Shown in pieces: positions 26,351-39,433 of a DNA stretch of 64,000 nt. The position numbers and the translations under genes are program-made. Numbering within the stretch: the stretch's first letter is position 1; each line of letters starts with the position of its first letter. The stretch comes from Mobula hypostoma (taxonomy: Eukaryota), in contig NC_086104.1 of the NCBI RefSeq assembly GCF_963921235.1, forward strand, positions 54,064,001 through 54,128,000, given 5' to 3'. A model generated the notes under the pieces. It made no database searches and was not told where the DNA came from. It saw only the letters and a program-made list of their open reading frames with translations.

Positions 26351-26809
26351 AACCTTTTTCACCAGAGAAGAGAAATTATAGAGACAAGGACACATTAAGA
26401 AAGGCAGAGAAGAATAGCCAATATTGGCGTTCTTCTTGTGCCTTGTGGCAAAATAATAAATCCAAGCTAGTCCAATGCAAGGGTCTCTCTTTAAGAAGAT
26501 GCACCCACATTTAGACAGATTGACATCAAAGAAGAATAATCAGAAATCACAGCACTGCAGTCAAACAATATTCTTCCAGGTTTTGTCCATCACAACACAA
26601 GAATGTCACTAGCAAAATCTTCTCAGGTGAGAACCTTCAGTCTAGCATGACAACCCCGTAAACAGTTTTTTTTAAATTGAAGATTGACAGAAGGAAACAA
26701 ATAGTTTTTGAGACCATTGGTTTTATCATACAAAATAATGGTTAATGAAAAGTGAAAGAATTGAGGAGACAAAATTTTATTTTGAATTGTGCATGGAAGT
26801 GCAAAATTA

Positions 26810-27830
26810 CAGCTAATACAGCTCAGCGCTTTGGAGTTCAAAGTTCAATCACTGCATCCTCTGTAAGGAGTCTCTGGTGCTAAACGGCTTTTTATAATTG
26901 ATAGTTCTTTCAAGGTTCTATTGAAGACCCTGACCTGGAATTACACTCTGACTTCGGTTCTTTGCGGGATTGGGAACTGCTCCCAGGGCCTCACAACCAG
27001 CCGGTTTTTAATATTCCAAGGATACGGCCTGGAAGGTGAGCAAGACTTCAGGATTCCGGATTTTCATGGCTCTGGAAACATGCTGATTCTAGGCCGGTGG
27101 CCCTGACTGGACCATCGCAGGAGAAAATGTTACAACAGTAGCAGCGGGTTAGCTGTTAGGGGTTGTGTGTCCAGAGAGCTGCACCTTTCTGGGGCCGACT
27201 CTCTGGGCACAGAGCTCGGAAAAAGCGATGCAACAGACTTTTAACACTGCAAATCAGCGAGTTTTTTGTTACATCTCCCCACTTGCTGTGAAATGGGGAA
27301 AACTCATTTTCCCTTATTAGGGAGAGAGAGCTTGTGGTATGTCAAATTACTGGGTGGACGAGTAGTTTTTGGGGTACTGCAAGACTGTCTTTATTGACGC
27401 TTGTAGCACGTTTTAGTGCTCGGTGGAGGGCACTGATGTTTTTTGCTGGTGGGGGTGGGAGTGGGAGGAACCATTGCCTTACTACTGCTTGTGCATGGGA
27501 GGGGGAACTGGGGAGGGGGGCTTTGACGTTCTAATGTTTACTTGTCATTCATTCTTTGTGGCGCACCTCTGTTTTGTGGATGTTTGCAAAGAAAAAGAAT
27601 TCCAAGATATATATTGTATACATTTCTCTGACATTAAATGTACCTATTGAAACCCTCCCTGTGGAATTCATGTGCTTTCTCTGGGTTCTCCAGTTTCCTC
27701 CCACAGTCTAAAGAGACACTGATAAGTTAATTGTTTAATGTTAATAGTCCCATGCTTAGAATAGGGTAAAGTTGGGGGTTGCTGGGTGGTGCGCCTTGAA
27801 GGGCCTATTCTGAACTGTATCAGTAAATGA
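26810..27830 (+). mobile_element. V-SINE split by a ~780-bp non-autonomous LINE-derived element (26876-27654)
   Basis: SINE head (GGAGTTCAAAGTTCAAT...CTGTAAGGAG) at 26810-26875 resumes at 27655 with the V-domain. The insert's 3' part is the reverse complement of 44758-45003. Confidence 0.7.
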
Positions 27831-28054
27831 ACAAACATAATCACAGTAGTAAACCAAAACAAACCCATTAGTGAAATCTGTTAAGAGAAGTGGTTTTCAC
27901 AGCAGGAAGTCACAAGGAATATCAACACAGAGTTGAAGACAACATGAACAATGGATAATCGAACTAATAGAGCATTTATGCCATCAATGATAATAGCAGA
28001 AAACAGTTTAACTTCAAGATAAACATAAAGTTAAATGGTCAGAATCACAAACAC

Positions 28055-28056
<2 letters not shown>

Positions 28057-28100
<44 letters not shown>
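28057..28100. repeat. (GT)22 microsatellite
   Basis: Perfect dinucleotide run. Confidence 0.98.
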
Positions 28101-28101
<1 letters not shown>

Positions 28102-28139
28102 GCTTCAGATAAATGGCCAGTGTATTTATTTACTGGAAA

Positions 28140-29530
28140 TAAACGTGATGTCCATTTCAGGCAAGGATATGTACCCAAGTTCAACCAAGTACCATTACTG
28201 AACTGTGAACTACTGCAGACTTACGTCAGGTGGAATATTCAATGAGTTAAACAGGACTGTGAATGCTTGTCGTGATTATACTAATTGACCCAACATTGAT
28301 ACACCAAGGTTATCTTGAGAAATTAAAGCTGAGCTCGAAAGAAATCACACTTGAATAAACTGTTGGGAAAGCATGCAGAAACATTTAGATACCCAAACTG
28401 GTATAAAAATAACCATAGTAGAAGCCAAACTACTATAAGCTTTGACTGTGTTGAAGAAGGGGACGGAAATATGTTAGGAAAATATGGTGAATGATGCCAT
28501 TGAACTAAGGATTTGACAAAAAGGTGTACTACTGCTTCCTCCATATGATTTAATATGCTGAGCTGTAAGGAACCAAAGTAATCACCAATCAAGATCTGTC
28601 ATGTGCAAATGTACAGCTGAACATGGATAAGAGTCAATAATACCTGACAATCAATACATTTATGTATTTACTCATCTACAGAACTGTATTATGGCATGAA
28701 ATTGTCACCAATAATCTTTAACACCACTTCAAAATGTAGAGTAGCAGTTAGCGTGACTATTACAGTGCTGGAGTTGGAGTTGAAAGTTCAATTCTGATGT
28801 AGTCTATAAGGAATTTGTATATTCTTCTTGTGAACCTGGGGGTTTCCTCCAAGTACTCCAGTTTTTCCCCTCGTTACAAAGACATACCCATGCGTAGAGT
28901 AATTGGTCATTGTAAATTGTCCTGTTGTACAGCCTGGGGTAAATAGCGGGGTTGCTGGGTGATGCGGCAGGTTGAGCCAGAAGATCCTGTCCTGCACTAT
29001 ATAAACAAATAAATAAAATAAAATAAAAATGTAGAATCAAGATGGTACCTGAAAAACACAAGGACCCCAAACAAGGATTGCTTCAAATATTAAAAATGCT
29101 CATGCAATTATGCAAATAAAATGAAAAGCTCCAAGCGTGCATTTGTACAGAAAATGATGGATTATCTTGGGCTAAAAGTTGATGCAAACTGATTGCAATC
29201 AGCCAAAGAAAATGTAAGAACAATTGCAAAATCAAAGAAATGTAGAACTCAGATCATTCTTAGGCATTACATCAGTAACAGAAGAAAGGTAAAGAATGGA
29301 ATTGGCAGTAAGAACAAAGAAGGTGCATAATTTCCTTACATTATTACCTTAAATGTTGAAATTTTAATGTGCAGTGATAAATTATGAAGTGGGACTATAA
29401 TAAGTCTTGCAGTTAGTAATGATCCAGGAATGCTAATTTGCATTCTGTACAATGACGATGAGTGAAAAAAGCTCTTTTCAAATTAAGTAAGAGTCATTCA
29501 GAATCGTTTGAGGATCGACAAGTGTTTCTT
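28140..29530 (+). mobile_element. Ancient Gypsy pol remnant (RT/RNase H), interrupted by a V-SINE at 28735-29025
   Basis: Plus-strand fragments DLSCANVQLNMDKSQ*YLTINT (about 28590-28660), KRAFVQKMMDYLGLKVDA (about 29130-29190) and ELRSFLG (about 29245-29265). Confidence 0.65.
28735..29025 (+). mobile_element. V-SINE
   Basis: GGGGTTTCCTCCAAGTACTCCAGTTTTTCCCC, B-box-like GTTCAATTC, and an (AAAAT)n tail. Confidence 0.75.
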
Positions 29531-29549
29531 CAATGTTGGAATGAACATA

Positions 29550-30440
29550 GGCTGCTAAATTCCCAGGGCTAGATGAGATTTATCTCAATATTGTTTTGGA
29601 AGCAAGAGAGGAAATAGTAGCAGTTGCAATGGAGATTCTTATATCAATGTCAGCCGCAGGTGAAAGAATGCTTTTCTGATTGAAAGTCTCTCACCAGTGG
29701 AGTACCAGAATGTTTTTTGCTGCAACACTTGTTATTTGTGGCATATATTGATGATATAGATGTGAATATAGGAGAGATGATCAACAGGTTTTCAGATGGC
29801 ATGGAAGTTCATAACGCTGCGGAAAGTGAGTAAGGTTATAGACAGCTAAAGCAAGACATTGATCAGATGGAAATCTAGATGAAATTTAATCCAACAAATC
29901 CAAGGTTATGCATTTTGTGAAGTCGAAAGAGGAAGGAGGTATAGGCCTTTAAGAAATGTTGATGAATATAGGAACATAGGGATCCAAAAGTGGAAAGAGA
30001 CTTGACAAGGTGGCGCAGGTGGCATATGGAATACTAGTCTTTATACGTTGTGGCACAGAATATAAAACTTCACATAAAATATAACACCACAACTTTACAA
30101 GACACTATTAAGGCTGCACTTTGAATATTGTGTGGGGTTGTGGTTGCCATATCTAAGCACTAGAGAATGCAGAAGAGGAGATTCACCAGGATATTGCATT
30201 GGACTGGAGGACTTAGATTCCATGATGATAGGCTAGGCTTATTTCCATGAATCAAAGGAGGAAGAGGGGTGACAAGATAAGAGGCATACAAAATTGTAAG
30301 AGTTATAGATTATCGTCAGAATCATTTTTTTTCATGGTAGAGGTAACACAAGCAAGAGGGCACAGGTCTAAGATTAAAGGAAGGAGTATTCAATTTAAGG
30401 GGAGCTGCTTTTTTTTAAAACAGAAAGAGTGATTAATATC
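29550..30440 (+). mobile_element. Old CR1 LINE fragment
   Basis: Degenerate PGLDEIY, SGVP, MKFNP..KVMHF and RPHFEYCV-like motifs. Confidence 0.6.
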
Positions 30441-30489
30441 CAGTGAAGGAATAAAATCTCTACATTTAAGAGACAAAAGATGTCGTGAA

Positions 30490-31135
30490 GAGAAGATGGT
30501 GGCGCGATGCAGCTCGCAGCCGCCACTCTGGTGGTGATGTGTTATTTGTCAAGTAGGGTGCCGTGCACAATCCTGATTTGATGGAGACACACGTGAGTGC
30601 ATGGAGGAACATCTGGTGACACTTCTGAAATGTCTGCTTCGCTGCTGCTGCTACTGTGTGGTCCAGAATCTCCGGAGGAGAGGGCCCCGAGTCCTCGGCT
30701 TTGCTTGTTGCTCGGCGGCCAGGGCAGGGTCGAAGCACTTGGCAGAGGATGGTGCTCAGAAAGGCTGTGTTGGAGGGGCTGGTCGGAGGCTCAAAGTTTC
30801 CTGACAGACTCAGAGTCCGCTGCAGTCGGGTTCTTCCAACAGTGCTGCATCGGCAAGTTGGCGACGCTTAGAGATTCATGGCAGGGAGAGTTTCTCCCTT
30901 CTGCCACCTACGTGAGATGATGAGTCTATCGGGACTTTGAGACTTTCGCTCTTTATCAAATTATGGTATTGCTTTGCACTGTTGTAACTATATGTTATAA
31001 TTATGTGGTTTTGTCAGTTTTAATCTTGGTTTGTCCTGTGTTTTCTTGTGATATCATTCTGGAGGAACGTTGTATCATTCTTTAATGCACGCATTTCTAA
31101 ATGACAATAAACGAGGACTGAGTGTCCTCATAATC
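30490..31135 (+). mobile_element. Apparently full-length non-autonomous LINE-derived repeat, same family as 1-493
   Basis: Starts AAGATGGTGGCGCGATGC and ends AAATGACAATAAACGAGGACTGAGTGTCCTCATAATC. No pol III A/B boxes and no meaningful ORF. Confidence 0.75.
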
Positions 31136-31136
31136 A

Positions 31137-31527
31137 TAAAAGACCATAAGACATCGGAGCAGAATTAGGTCATCTGGCCCATTAAGTCTGCTTCGCCATT
31201 CAATCATGGCTGATCCTTTTTTTTCCCTCCTCTTCAACCCCAGTTCCTGGCCTTCTCCCTGTAACCTTTGATGCCATGCCCAATCAAGAACCTATCAGTC
31301 TCTGCCTTAAATACACCCAACAACCTGGCCTCCACAGCTGCATCTGACAACAAATTCCACAAATTCACCACCCTTTGGCTAAAGAAATTTCTCTGCATCT
31401 CTGTTTTGAAAGGGCGCCCCTCTATCCTGACGCTGTGCCCTCTTGTCCTAGACTCTCCCACCATGGGATACATCCTTTTCACATCTACTCTGTTTAGGCC
31501 TTTCAACATTCGAAAGTTTTCAGTGAG
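31137..31527 (-). mobile_element. CR1 LINE 3' end
   Basis: ORF 31234-31509 (GESRTRGHSVRIEGRPFKTEMQRNFFSQRVVNLWN). Confidence 0.9.
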
Positions 31528-31864
31528 AAATATATATTGACATATACAAACGTTTGTAGATAGGCAACTGAAAAGGAATGTATAGAAGAATACTCATCTA
31601 ATGAAGATAAATGGAATTAGTGTTTCTGTTCTGCGCAATTCTCTGATTCATATTGTACAGGCTATAATACTTCCATAGAGAATTCTAAGCTCTTTCGTCA
31701 ACAGTATCAATAATCACTACAATAAGAAAGCAAAGATGAGCCATCATTTCTATGTTTGCATAATCAAATATAGAAATTGAAAGAAATAGCATTTAGACAT
31801 GCACTTAAATAGCCAAAGCATAGAAGGATGGAAGTAGTGCACATAGGCAAAATGTGGGGATCCC

Positions 31865-32148
31865 AATGAAACCTATTTCATATTGAAAGGCATAGAGAGA
31901 GTGGATGCGGAGAGGATGTTTCCTACAGTGGGTGTATCTAGGACCAGAGGGCACAGTCTCAGCATAGAGTGATGTCTAGACAGCTATAAGGTCAAATCCA
32001 TTGGTGTATTTAAAGCAAAAGTTGATAGATATGGCGAGAAGGCAAGAGATTGGGGATGAGAGGGTTAATAAATCAGCCATGATGAAATGGCAGAGCAGAC
32101 TGAATCAGCCAACTGGCCTAATTCTGCTCCTGTGTCCTATGGTCTTAA
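31865..32148 (+). mobile_element. CR1 LINE 3' end with internal deletions
   Basis: Encodes LKGIERVDAERMFPTVG.SRTRGHSL, followed by the CR1 terminal hairpin region. Confidence 0.8.
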
Positions 32149-32199
32149 AAGGCTAGTAATGACATGGTGGGACAAAGGGACTGTTTGCTTTAAAATAAA

Positions 32200-33030
32200 T
32201 TTGTAGATATGATATAAAAGTTATCATTTGAAAACTTAGACATTGATGTAAAGGAGTGATCTTGACATTGAAGATATAAAACAATGCTTTTCCAGTTGAA
32301 GAAAGGATAGCAAAGAAGATATTGCTCTGATGGAAGAAGGTGAAGAAATGTAAGAAAGATAATCTGAATCAAAAACATGGTCAGATAAAGTTTAAAGACA
32401 TTTAATAACTATTAATCTAACAGCAAATGGAAAAAGAATGTATCAAATGGAGACACAGAGAGCACTGTACTAAGCCTATTGAAAAGTTGGGTTTTGGAAG
32501 AATGGTTGAGTATTTAATATTCTGGATTCTGAGCATGAAAGTAATAGGTAAAAGATTTTTATTAGTCTGGATGACAGTATATTCCTCTGGTCAGTAGCTA
32601 AGTACAACTGGAGAGACAAACTAACGATATCTTTCTCAGAAACAACACATTGATTGTGAAGAGAATTCAGATGAACCAACATGCTCTATCATATATTAAC
32701 ACAGAGAATACTATTCATGAATCAGAATCCACTTTCTCAGTCTTGGCTCAAAAAAATTGGTTTAGATAATGGTCAGAACTGTTACTTGTCTTTACTTGAG
32801 GTCTACATGAAACAGAATGGTGCTAAAACAAACACTTATCTAACCAGATCATCCAGTGTCACAAGGTAAGGCTAAGAAAGCTGTAAAATTGTTGAAAAAG
32901 CACAAAAGAAACATGTGTTGAAGTTTAACAATGAAATGTTAATTAACAAAACTTGTGAAGTACAGATCATAGCTATAATGCACAATAAATTATGCTTTTG
33001 TTGAGCTACTAGTGATCAGTCATTGGTATT
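32200..33030 (+). mobile_element. Ancient Gypsy integrase remnant
   Basis: LDNGQN...MKQNGAK followed by PDHPVSQGKAKKAVK resembles integrase SDNGPQF...PYHPxSNGxAERxV. May continue 28140-29530. Confidence 0.5.
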
Positions 33031-33039
33031 AGGTGATCA

Positions 33040-36000
33040 GCTGAAAGTCAAAGGTAAAGTCCTGCACAGAGTTAAGTAGAAAGCTAAAAAGTAGGACCAC
33101 AAGGGTAGTAATTTCCATCTTGCTGCTTGTGCCACACAGCAGTGAGGGTAAGAATGGAATAATTTGCAGATGAGTGCATAGCTGACGAATTGGTTCATGG
33201 ACAGATTTTCATATTTCTGGATCATTGGGAATGGTATGACCTGTACAAAAAGGATGAACTCAAGGACAATCAATATCTTTGTGGGAAGATTTTCTAGAGC
33301 TTTTGGGGAGAGTTTAAACTAATTTGGCAGGGGAATGGAAACCAGTGTGATAGGGCTGAGGATGGGCTAGATGGCATAAAAGTGGGTGCTGTGTGTAGAG
33401 AAACCGTGAGGAAGAATAAGCAAATAATAGTGCAAAACTGCAGTCAGTGAGATGAATTAAAGTGCAACATAGGGTAAAATTGATAAAAACAGGACTGAAG
33501 GTGTTATATTTGAATGTATGCAGTATACAGAATAAGGTAGATATCAAGATGCACAGTGAAAGATGTCATTGTGGGCATCACTGAATTGTGGCTAAAAGAA
33601 CATCATCACTGGGAGCTTAACATGTAAATAAACACACTGTTTTGAAAAGTACAGGCAGGGAGGCAGAGGGGGTGACGCGCTCTATTCGTAAAAAATTAAA
33701 TCAAGTTGTTAAAACAAGCTACATACAATCAGAAGATGTAGAACCTGGGTAGAATTAAGAAGCTGAAAGGGTAAAAGTGACCCAGATGGGTGTTATATGC
33801 AGGCCTGTGAATAGTACCCAGGATGTGGAATACAAATTACAACAGGAGATAGAAAAGGCACATAAAAAGGCCAATGTTTCCATGATCATGAGGGATTTCA
33901 ATATGCAGGTAGATTGAGGAAAAGAGGTTGGTACTGGATCCCAAGAGAGGGAATTTATAAAATGCCTACAAGAAGGCCTTTTAGAGCAAGTTATGGTTGA
34001 GCCCACTTGGGGAAAGATGATCCTGGATTTGGTGTTGTGCAATGAACAAGATTTGATTAGAGAGCTTTAGGTAAAGGAACCTTTAGGAAGCATTGATCTT
34101 TATACGGCAGAACTCACCCCACAGTATGAGAAGGGGAAAAAGTCAGATGTATCATTATTACAGTGGTGTAAAGGGAATTAAATAGGCATGGGAGTGAAGC
34201 TGGCCATAGTTGATTGGAAAAGGACACTAGCACGGATGGCAGCAGAACAGCAAAACCTGGGGTTTCTGGGAGCAAATTATAAAGCACAGCATAGATGCAT
34301 CCCAAAGAAGTAATAAGGAGAGGATGATGTGACGGCAGTTGACAAGGGAAATCAAAGATAGCAAAAAAGCAAAAGAGGACATATAATACAACAAAAAATA
34401 ATGGGAATGTAGAGCATTAGGAAGCTTTTGGAAAAGAAGGGAAATAAAAAGCTCTAGAGAGAAAAGATTCAATATGAAGGTAAGCTAACCAATAATATAA
34501 AAGAGAATACAAAATGTTTTTCAGGTATATAAATAGTCATAGTCATATTTTATTGATCCCAGGGGAAATTGGTTTTCATTACAGTTGCACCACAAATAAT
34601 TAAATAGCAATAAAACTATAAATAGTTAAATAGTAATATGTAAATTATGCCAGAAAATAAGTCCAGGACCAGCCTATTGGCTCAGGGTGTCTGACCCTCC
34701 AAGGGAGGAGTTGTAAAGTTTGATGGCCACAGGCAGGAATGACTTCCTATGACGCTCTGTGTCGCATCTCAATGGAATGAGTCTCTGGCTGAATGTACTC
34801 CTGTGCCCACCCAGTACATTATGTAGTGGATGGGAGACATTGTCCAAGATGGCATGCAACTTAGACAGCATCCTCTTTTCAGACACCACCGTGAGAGAGT
34901 CCAGTTCCATCCCCACATCATCACTGGCCTTATGAATCAGTTTGTGGATTCTGTTGGTGTCTGCTACACTCAGCCTGCTGCCCCAGCACACAACAGCAAA
35001 CATGATAGCACTGGCCACCACAGACTCGTAGAACATCCTCAGCATCGTCCGGCAGATGTTAAAGGACCTCAGTCTCCTCAGGAAATAGAGACGGCTCTGA
35101 CCCTTCTTGTAGACAGCCTCAGTGTTCTTTGACCAGTCCAGTTTATTGTCAATTCGTATCCCCAGGTATTTGTAATCCTCCACCATGTCCACACTGACCC
35201 CTTGGATGAAAACAGGGGTCACCGGTAACTTAGGTCTCTTCAGGTCTACCACCAGCTCCTTAGTCTTTTTCACATTAAACTGCAGATAATTCTGCTCACA
35301 CCATGTGACAAAGTTTCCTACCGTAGCCCTGTACTCAGCCTCATCTCCCTTGCTGATACATCCAACTATGGCAGAGTCATCCGAAAACTTCTGAAGATGA
35401 CAAGACTCTGTGCAGTAGTTGAAGTCCGAGGTGTAAATGGTGAAAAGAAAGGGAGACAAGACAGTCCTCTGTGGAGCCCCAGTGCTGCTGATCACTCTGT
35501 TGGACACACAGTGTTGCTAGCACACGTACTGTGGTCAGCCAGTCAGGTAATCAATAATCCATGACACCAGGAAAGCATCCACCTGCATCACTGTCAGCTT
35601 CTTCCCCAGCAGAGCAGGGCGGATGGTGTTGAACGCACTGAAGAAGTCAAACACCATGACCCTCACAGGCTCGCTGGCTTGTCCAGGTGGGCGTAGACAC
35701 GATTCAGCAGGTAGACGATGGCATCCTCAACTCCTAGTCGGGGCTGGTAGGCGAACTGGAGGGGATCTAAGTGTGGCCTGACCATAGGCCGGAGCAGCTC
35801 CAGAACAAGTCTCTCCAGGGTCTTCATGATGTGGGAGGTCAATGCTACTGGTCTGTAGTCATTGAGGCCGCTGGGGCGCAGTGTCTTCAGCACAGGGATG
35901 AGGCAGGATGTTTTCCACAGCACAGGAACCCTCTGGAGCCTCAGGCTCAGATTGAAGACATGGCGAAGTACTCCACATAGCTGAGGGGCACAGGCTTTGA

Positions 36001-38215
36001 GCACCCTGGTACTGACACCATCTGGTCCTGCAGCTTTGCTCGGGTTGAGACTTTTCAGCTGTCTTCTCACCTTCAGCTGTGAAGCCCACCTTGGTGGTTT
36101 CGTGTGGGGAGGGGTATAGTCATGAAAGCAGGGTGGGGGACTGTGAGGAGGGGTAGGAGGGGAGAGTGGAATATGTGTTGGTCAGGGGCCGACAACAGAT
36201 GACTCACGTGGGGGATGGGGAAGGGACAATGTCAAATCTGTTAAAGAACAGGTTAAGTTCGTTGGCCCTATCCACACCGCCTTCAGCTCCTCTGTTGCTA
36301 GTTTGCCAGAACCCAGTGATGGTCCTCATCCCACTCCAGACCTCTCTCATGTTGTTCTGCTGGAGTTTCCACTCAAGCTTCCTCCTGTACCTGGCCTTAG
36401 CCTCCCTGATGCTGGCTTAGAGAGAGAGAGACAAGAGTGGATATTGCATGGCTGGATATTGCAAGACTGAGAGAGAGACAAGAGTAGAAATTGCATGGCT
36501 GGAAAATGACGCTGAAGAGGCAGTAATGGGGGACAACAAAATACTGAATGAACTTAATAAGTTTATTGCAACAGTCTTCACTGTAGAAGACAGTGAGAGT
36601 ATAACAGAAATTTGAGTGTGTCGGGAGACAGAATTGAGTGAAGCTGCTATTACTAAGAAGGCACTTGGGATGCTAAAAGATCTGAAGTTAGACAAATCAC
36701 CTGGACCAGATGGAAACACCCAGGGTTCTAAAAAAGGTAGTTGAGGAGATTGTGGAGGCACTAGCAGTGATCTTTCAATAATCACCAGATTCTGGAATGG
36801 TTCCAGAAGACTGCAAAATTGCAAATATCACTCCACTCTTTAAGGAAGGGAAGCAGAAGAGAGGGAACTATGGGCCAGTGAGCCTGACTTAAGTGGTTGG
36901 GAAGATGTGAGAGTCCATAATTAATGAAGACATATCGGGGTTCTTGGAGGTACATGATAAAATAAGCCATTGTCAGCACGGTTTTCTCAAGGGAAAATCT
37001 TGTCTGAAAAGTCTGTTGAAATTCTATGAAGAAATAGCAAGCAGGATATATATAGGAGAGTCAGTGGATGTTGCTTATTTGGATTTTCAGAATGCCTTTC
37101 ACAACGTACCACACATGAGTCTGCTTCACAAGAGCCTGTGGTATTACAGGAAAAAAACCAACATAGATAGAAAATTGGTTGACTGGCAGGAGGTAAAGAG
37201 AGGGAATAAAGGAGGCCTTTTCTGGTTGACTGCCGATACTGCTGGGGTTGGTGTTGGCACTGCTTCTTTTCATATTATATGTCAATAATTTGGATGATGG
37301 AATTGATGGCTTTGTAGCCACATTTGCAATTGATATGCAGGTAGGTGGAGGGGCAGGTAGAATTGAGGAAGCAGGGATTCTGCAGAACTTAGATTAGAAT
37401 TCGCAAAGAAGTGGTAGACAGATATAGTGTAGAGAACTGTATAGTCATGAACTTTGGTAGAAGGAATAAAGGCACAAGAGTATTTTCTAAACAGGGAGAA
37501 AATTCAAAAATCAGAGCTACAAAATGACTTGGGAGTCCTCATGCTTGATTCCCTTAAGTTCAACTTGCAAGTTGAGTCAGTGGTAAAAAAAGCAAATGCA
37601 AAGTTAGCATTCATTTCAAGAGGACAAGAACATAAGGGCAAAAATGCGATGCTGAAGTTTGACAAAGCATCGGTTAGTCTACACTTAAGCGTATAGTGAG
37701 CGGTTTTGATCCCCTTATCGAAGTAAAAATGTGCTGGCACTGGAGAAGGTCCAGAGGAGGTTCACAAGAATGACCCCAGAAATGAAAACTTTAACATATG
37801 AGGAGAATTTGATAACTCTGGACCTGTACTCACAGGAGCTTAGAAGAATGAGGTGGATCTCATTGAAACCAATCAAATATTGAAAAGCCTAGATGAAGTG
37901 GATATGGAAAGGATGTTTCCAATACTGGGAGAGTCTAGGACCAGAGGGCCTAGCCTCAGCATAGAGGGACGTCCATCTAGAACCGAGACAATGGTGAATC
38001 TGTGGAATTCATTGCCACAGAAAGCTGTGGAGTCCTCGTCGTTGTATATCTTTAAAGCAGAGGTTGACAGGTTCTTAATTAGTCTGGGTGTCAAAGCTTA
38101 CAAGGAAAAGGTAGATGAATGGGGTTGAGAGTGATAATAAATCAGCCATGATGCAATGACAGAGAATAATCCATGGGCTGAATGGCCTACTTTGGCTTTT
38201 ATGTCTTATAGTCTT
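33040..38215 (+). mobile_element. Long degraded CR1 LINE (ORF1 end, APE endonuclease, RT, 3' end) split by a Rex1 insertion
   Basis: LKVLYLNVCSIQNKVD at about 33495, MRDFN at about 33890 and ILDLVLCNE at about 34020. After 36420: KSPGPDG, QHGFLKGKSCL, YLDFQNAF, and a CR1 3' end at about 38210. Confidence 0.85.
34534..36417 (-). mobile_element. Young 5'-truncated Rex1/Babar LINE
   Basis: ORFs 35663-36070 (KAAGPDGV...NDYRPVALTSHIMKTLERL...DPLQFAY) and 34674-35507 (GAPQRTVLSPFLF, FSDD, YKYLG). (TAGTCA)n tail. Confidence 0.95.
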
Positions 38216-38831
38216 AATGCATGGAAAATTTGAAATATCACTGAGATGCCAAAGATTTAGTATGCTTCAGCTAAGTCTTGAGTATGGAAGAGAGGAAACT
38301 GAGATAAAAGGCATGTCTCAGGTCAGAGTCATATGTCAGCTTTGTACAGCACAGAAATGAGCCCTTCAGCACACCACCTCCATACCAACATTTATGTCCA
38401 TTTACACAAAGCTCCTTTCCCTGCACTAGCACCATATTCTACAAAAGTCATGAAGCAAAGCAAGTGAGGCAATGCTGTGTAATTAGTATTTTAATATCAC
38501 CTAGTGATTCAAAGATTCAATATTGGAGTTGTAGTTGACATAATTGTGAATGTAGTAGATAAAAATCATAATTGCACAAGCAAACTACTTAATGCTAGAA
38601 AGAGATACAGTGCTTATAAAAAGTATTCTCCTCGACCCTTGGAAGTTTTCATGTTATATTTTACCACATTGAAACACTGTGGAATTAATTTGTCTTTTTT
38701 TTTTGACAGTGATCAACAGAAAATACTCTTTCATGTCAAAGGGAAAACAGATCTCTGCAAAGCGGCTTAATTAATTACAAATATAAAACACAAAATTATT
38801 GATTGCATAAGTATTCAGTCCCTTTAATATT

Positions 38832-39141
38832 TGTAAGGGATTCGCAGCCCGTTCTTTAATTAGAGCCTTCAGCACTTTGGGCATCAAGGGAGAGAGGAGG
38901 AGGAGAGCTATCCGCAGTACCACCGATGTGGCAGAGAGGGCCTCAAGATGGCTGTGGCTCCAAAGAGGAGAGCCATGGAGTCATAAGTAGCTAGCCATCT
39001 GGACACAAGCTGGGGTCTGATCAGCCCTGGCTGTGTCACCTGGAGGAGGTTGTATGATGTTGAAAGACCTGAAACACCCGATGATTCCAGGAACATCACT
39101 GAAGATGTGTCCAGAAGCATCAGTAGATGTATGTACACAGC
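38832..39141 (+). mobile_element. 5'-truncated HERO-clade (restriction-like endonuclease) non-LTR retrotransposon 3' end
   Basis: 38832-38990 translates to CKGFAARSLIRAFSTLGIKGERRRRAIRSTTDVAERASRWLWLQRGEPWSHK*, matching the HERO EVGCRGF...AAEKASRWLW C-terminus. Confidence 0.75.
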
Positions 39142-39433
39142 TGACATACCAAATCATCACTGGTGTTAGAATCACATAATTAGTTAAATAGAGATCACCA
39201 GTGTGCAGTCAAGGTGTTTCAATTGATTGTAGTAAAAATACACCTACATCTGAAAGATCTAATTGTTAGTGAGTCAGTATCCTGGCAAAAACTACACCAT
39301 GAAGACAAAACACCCCAAGCAACTGTGCAGAAAACTTACTGAAAAGCACAAGTCAAAATGCAAGAACATTTCCAAGTCACTAAATAACCCTTGGAGTACA
39401 GTTAAGTCATTCATCAAGAAATAGAAAGAATAT

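Noticed and set aside
28057-28245. ORF beginning MCVCVCVC
   Set aside because: Translation of a (GT)n microsatellite.
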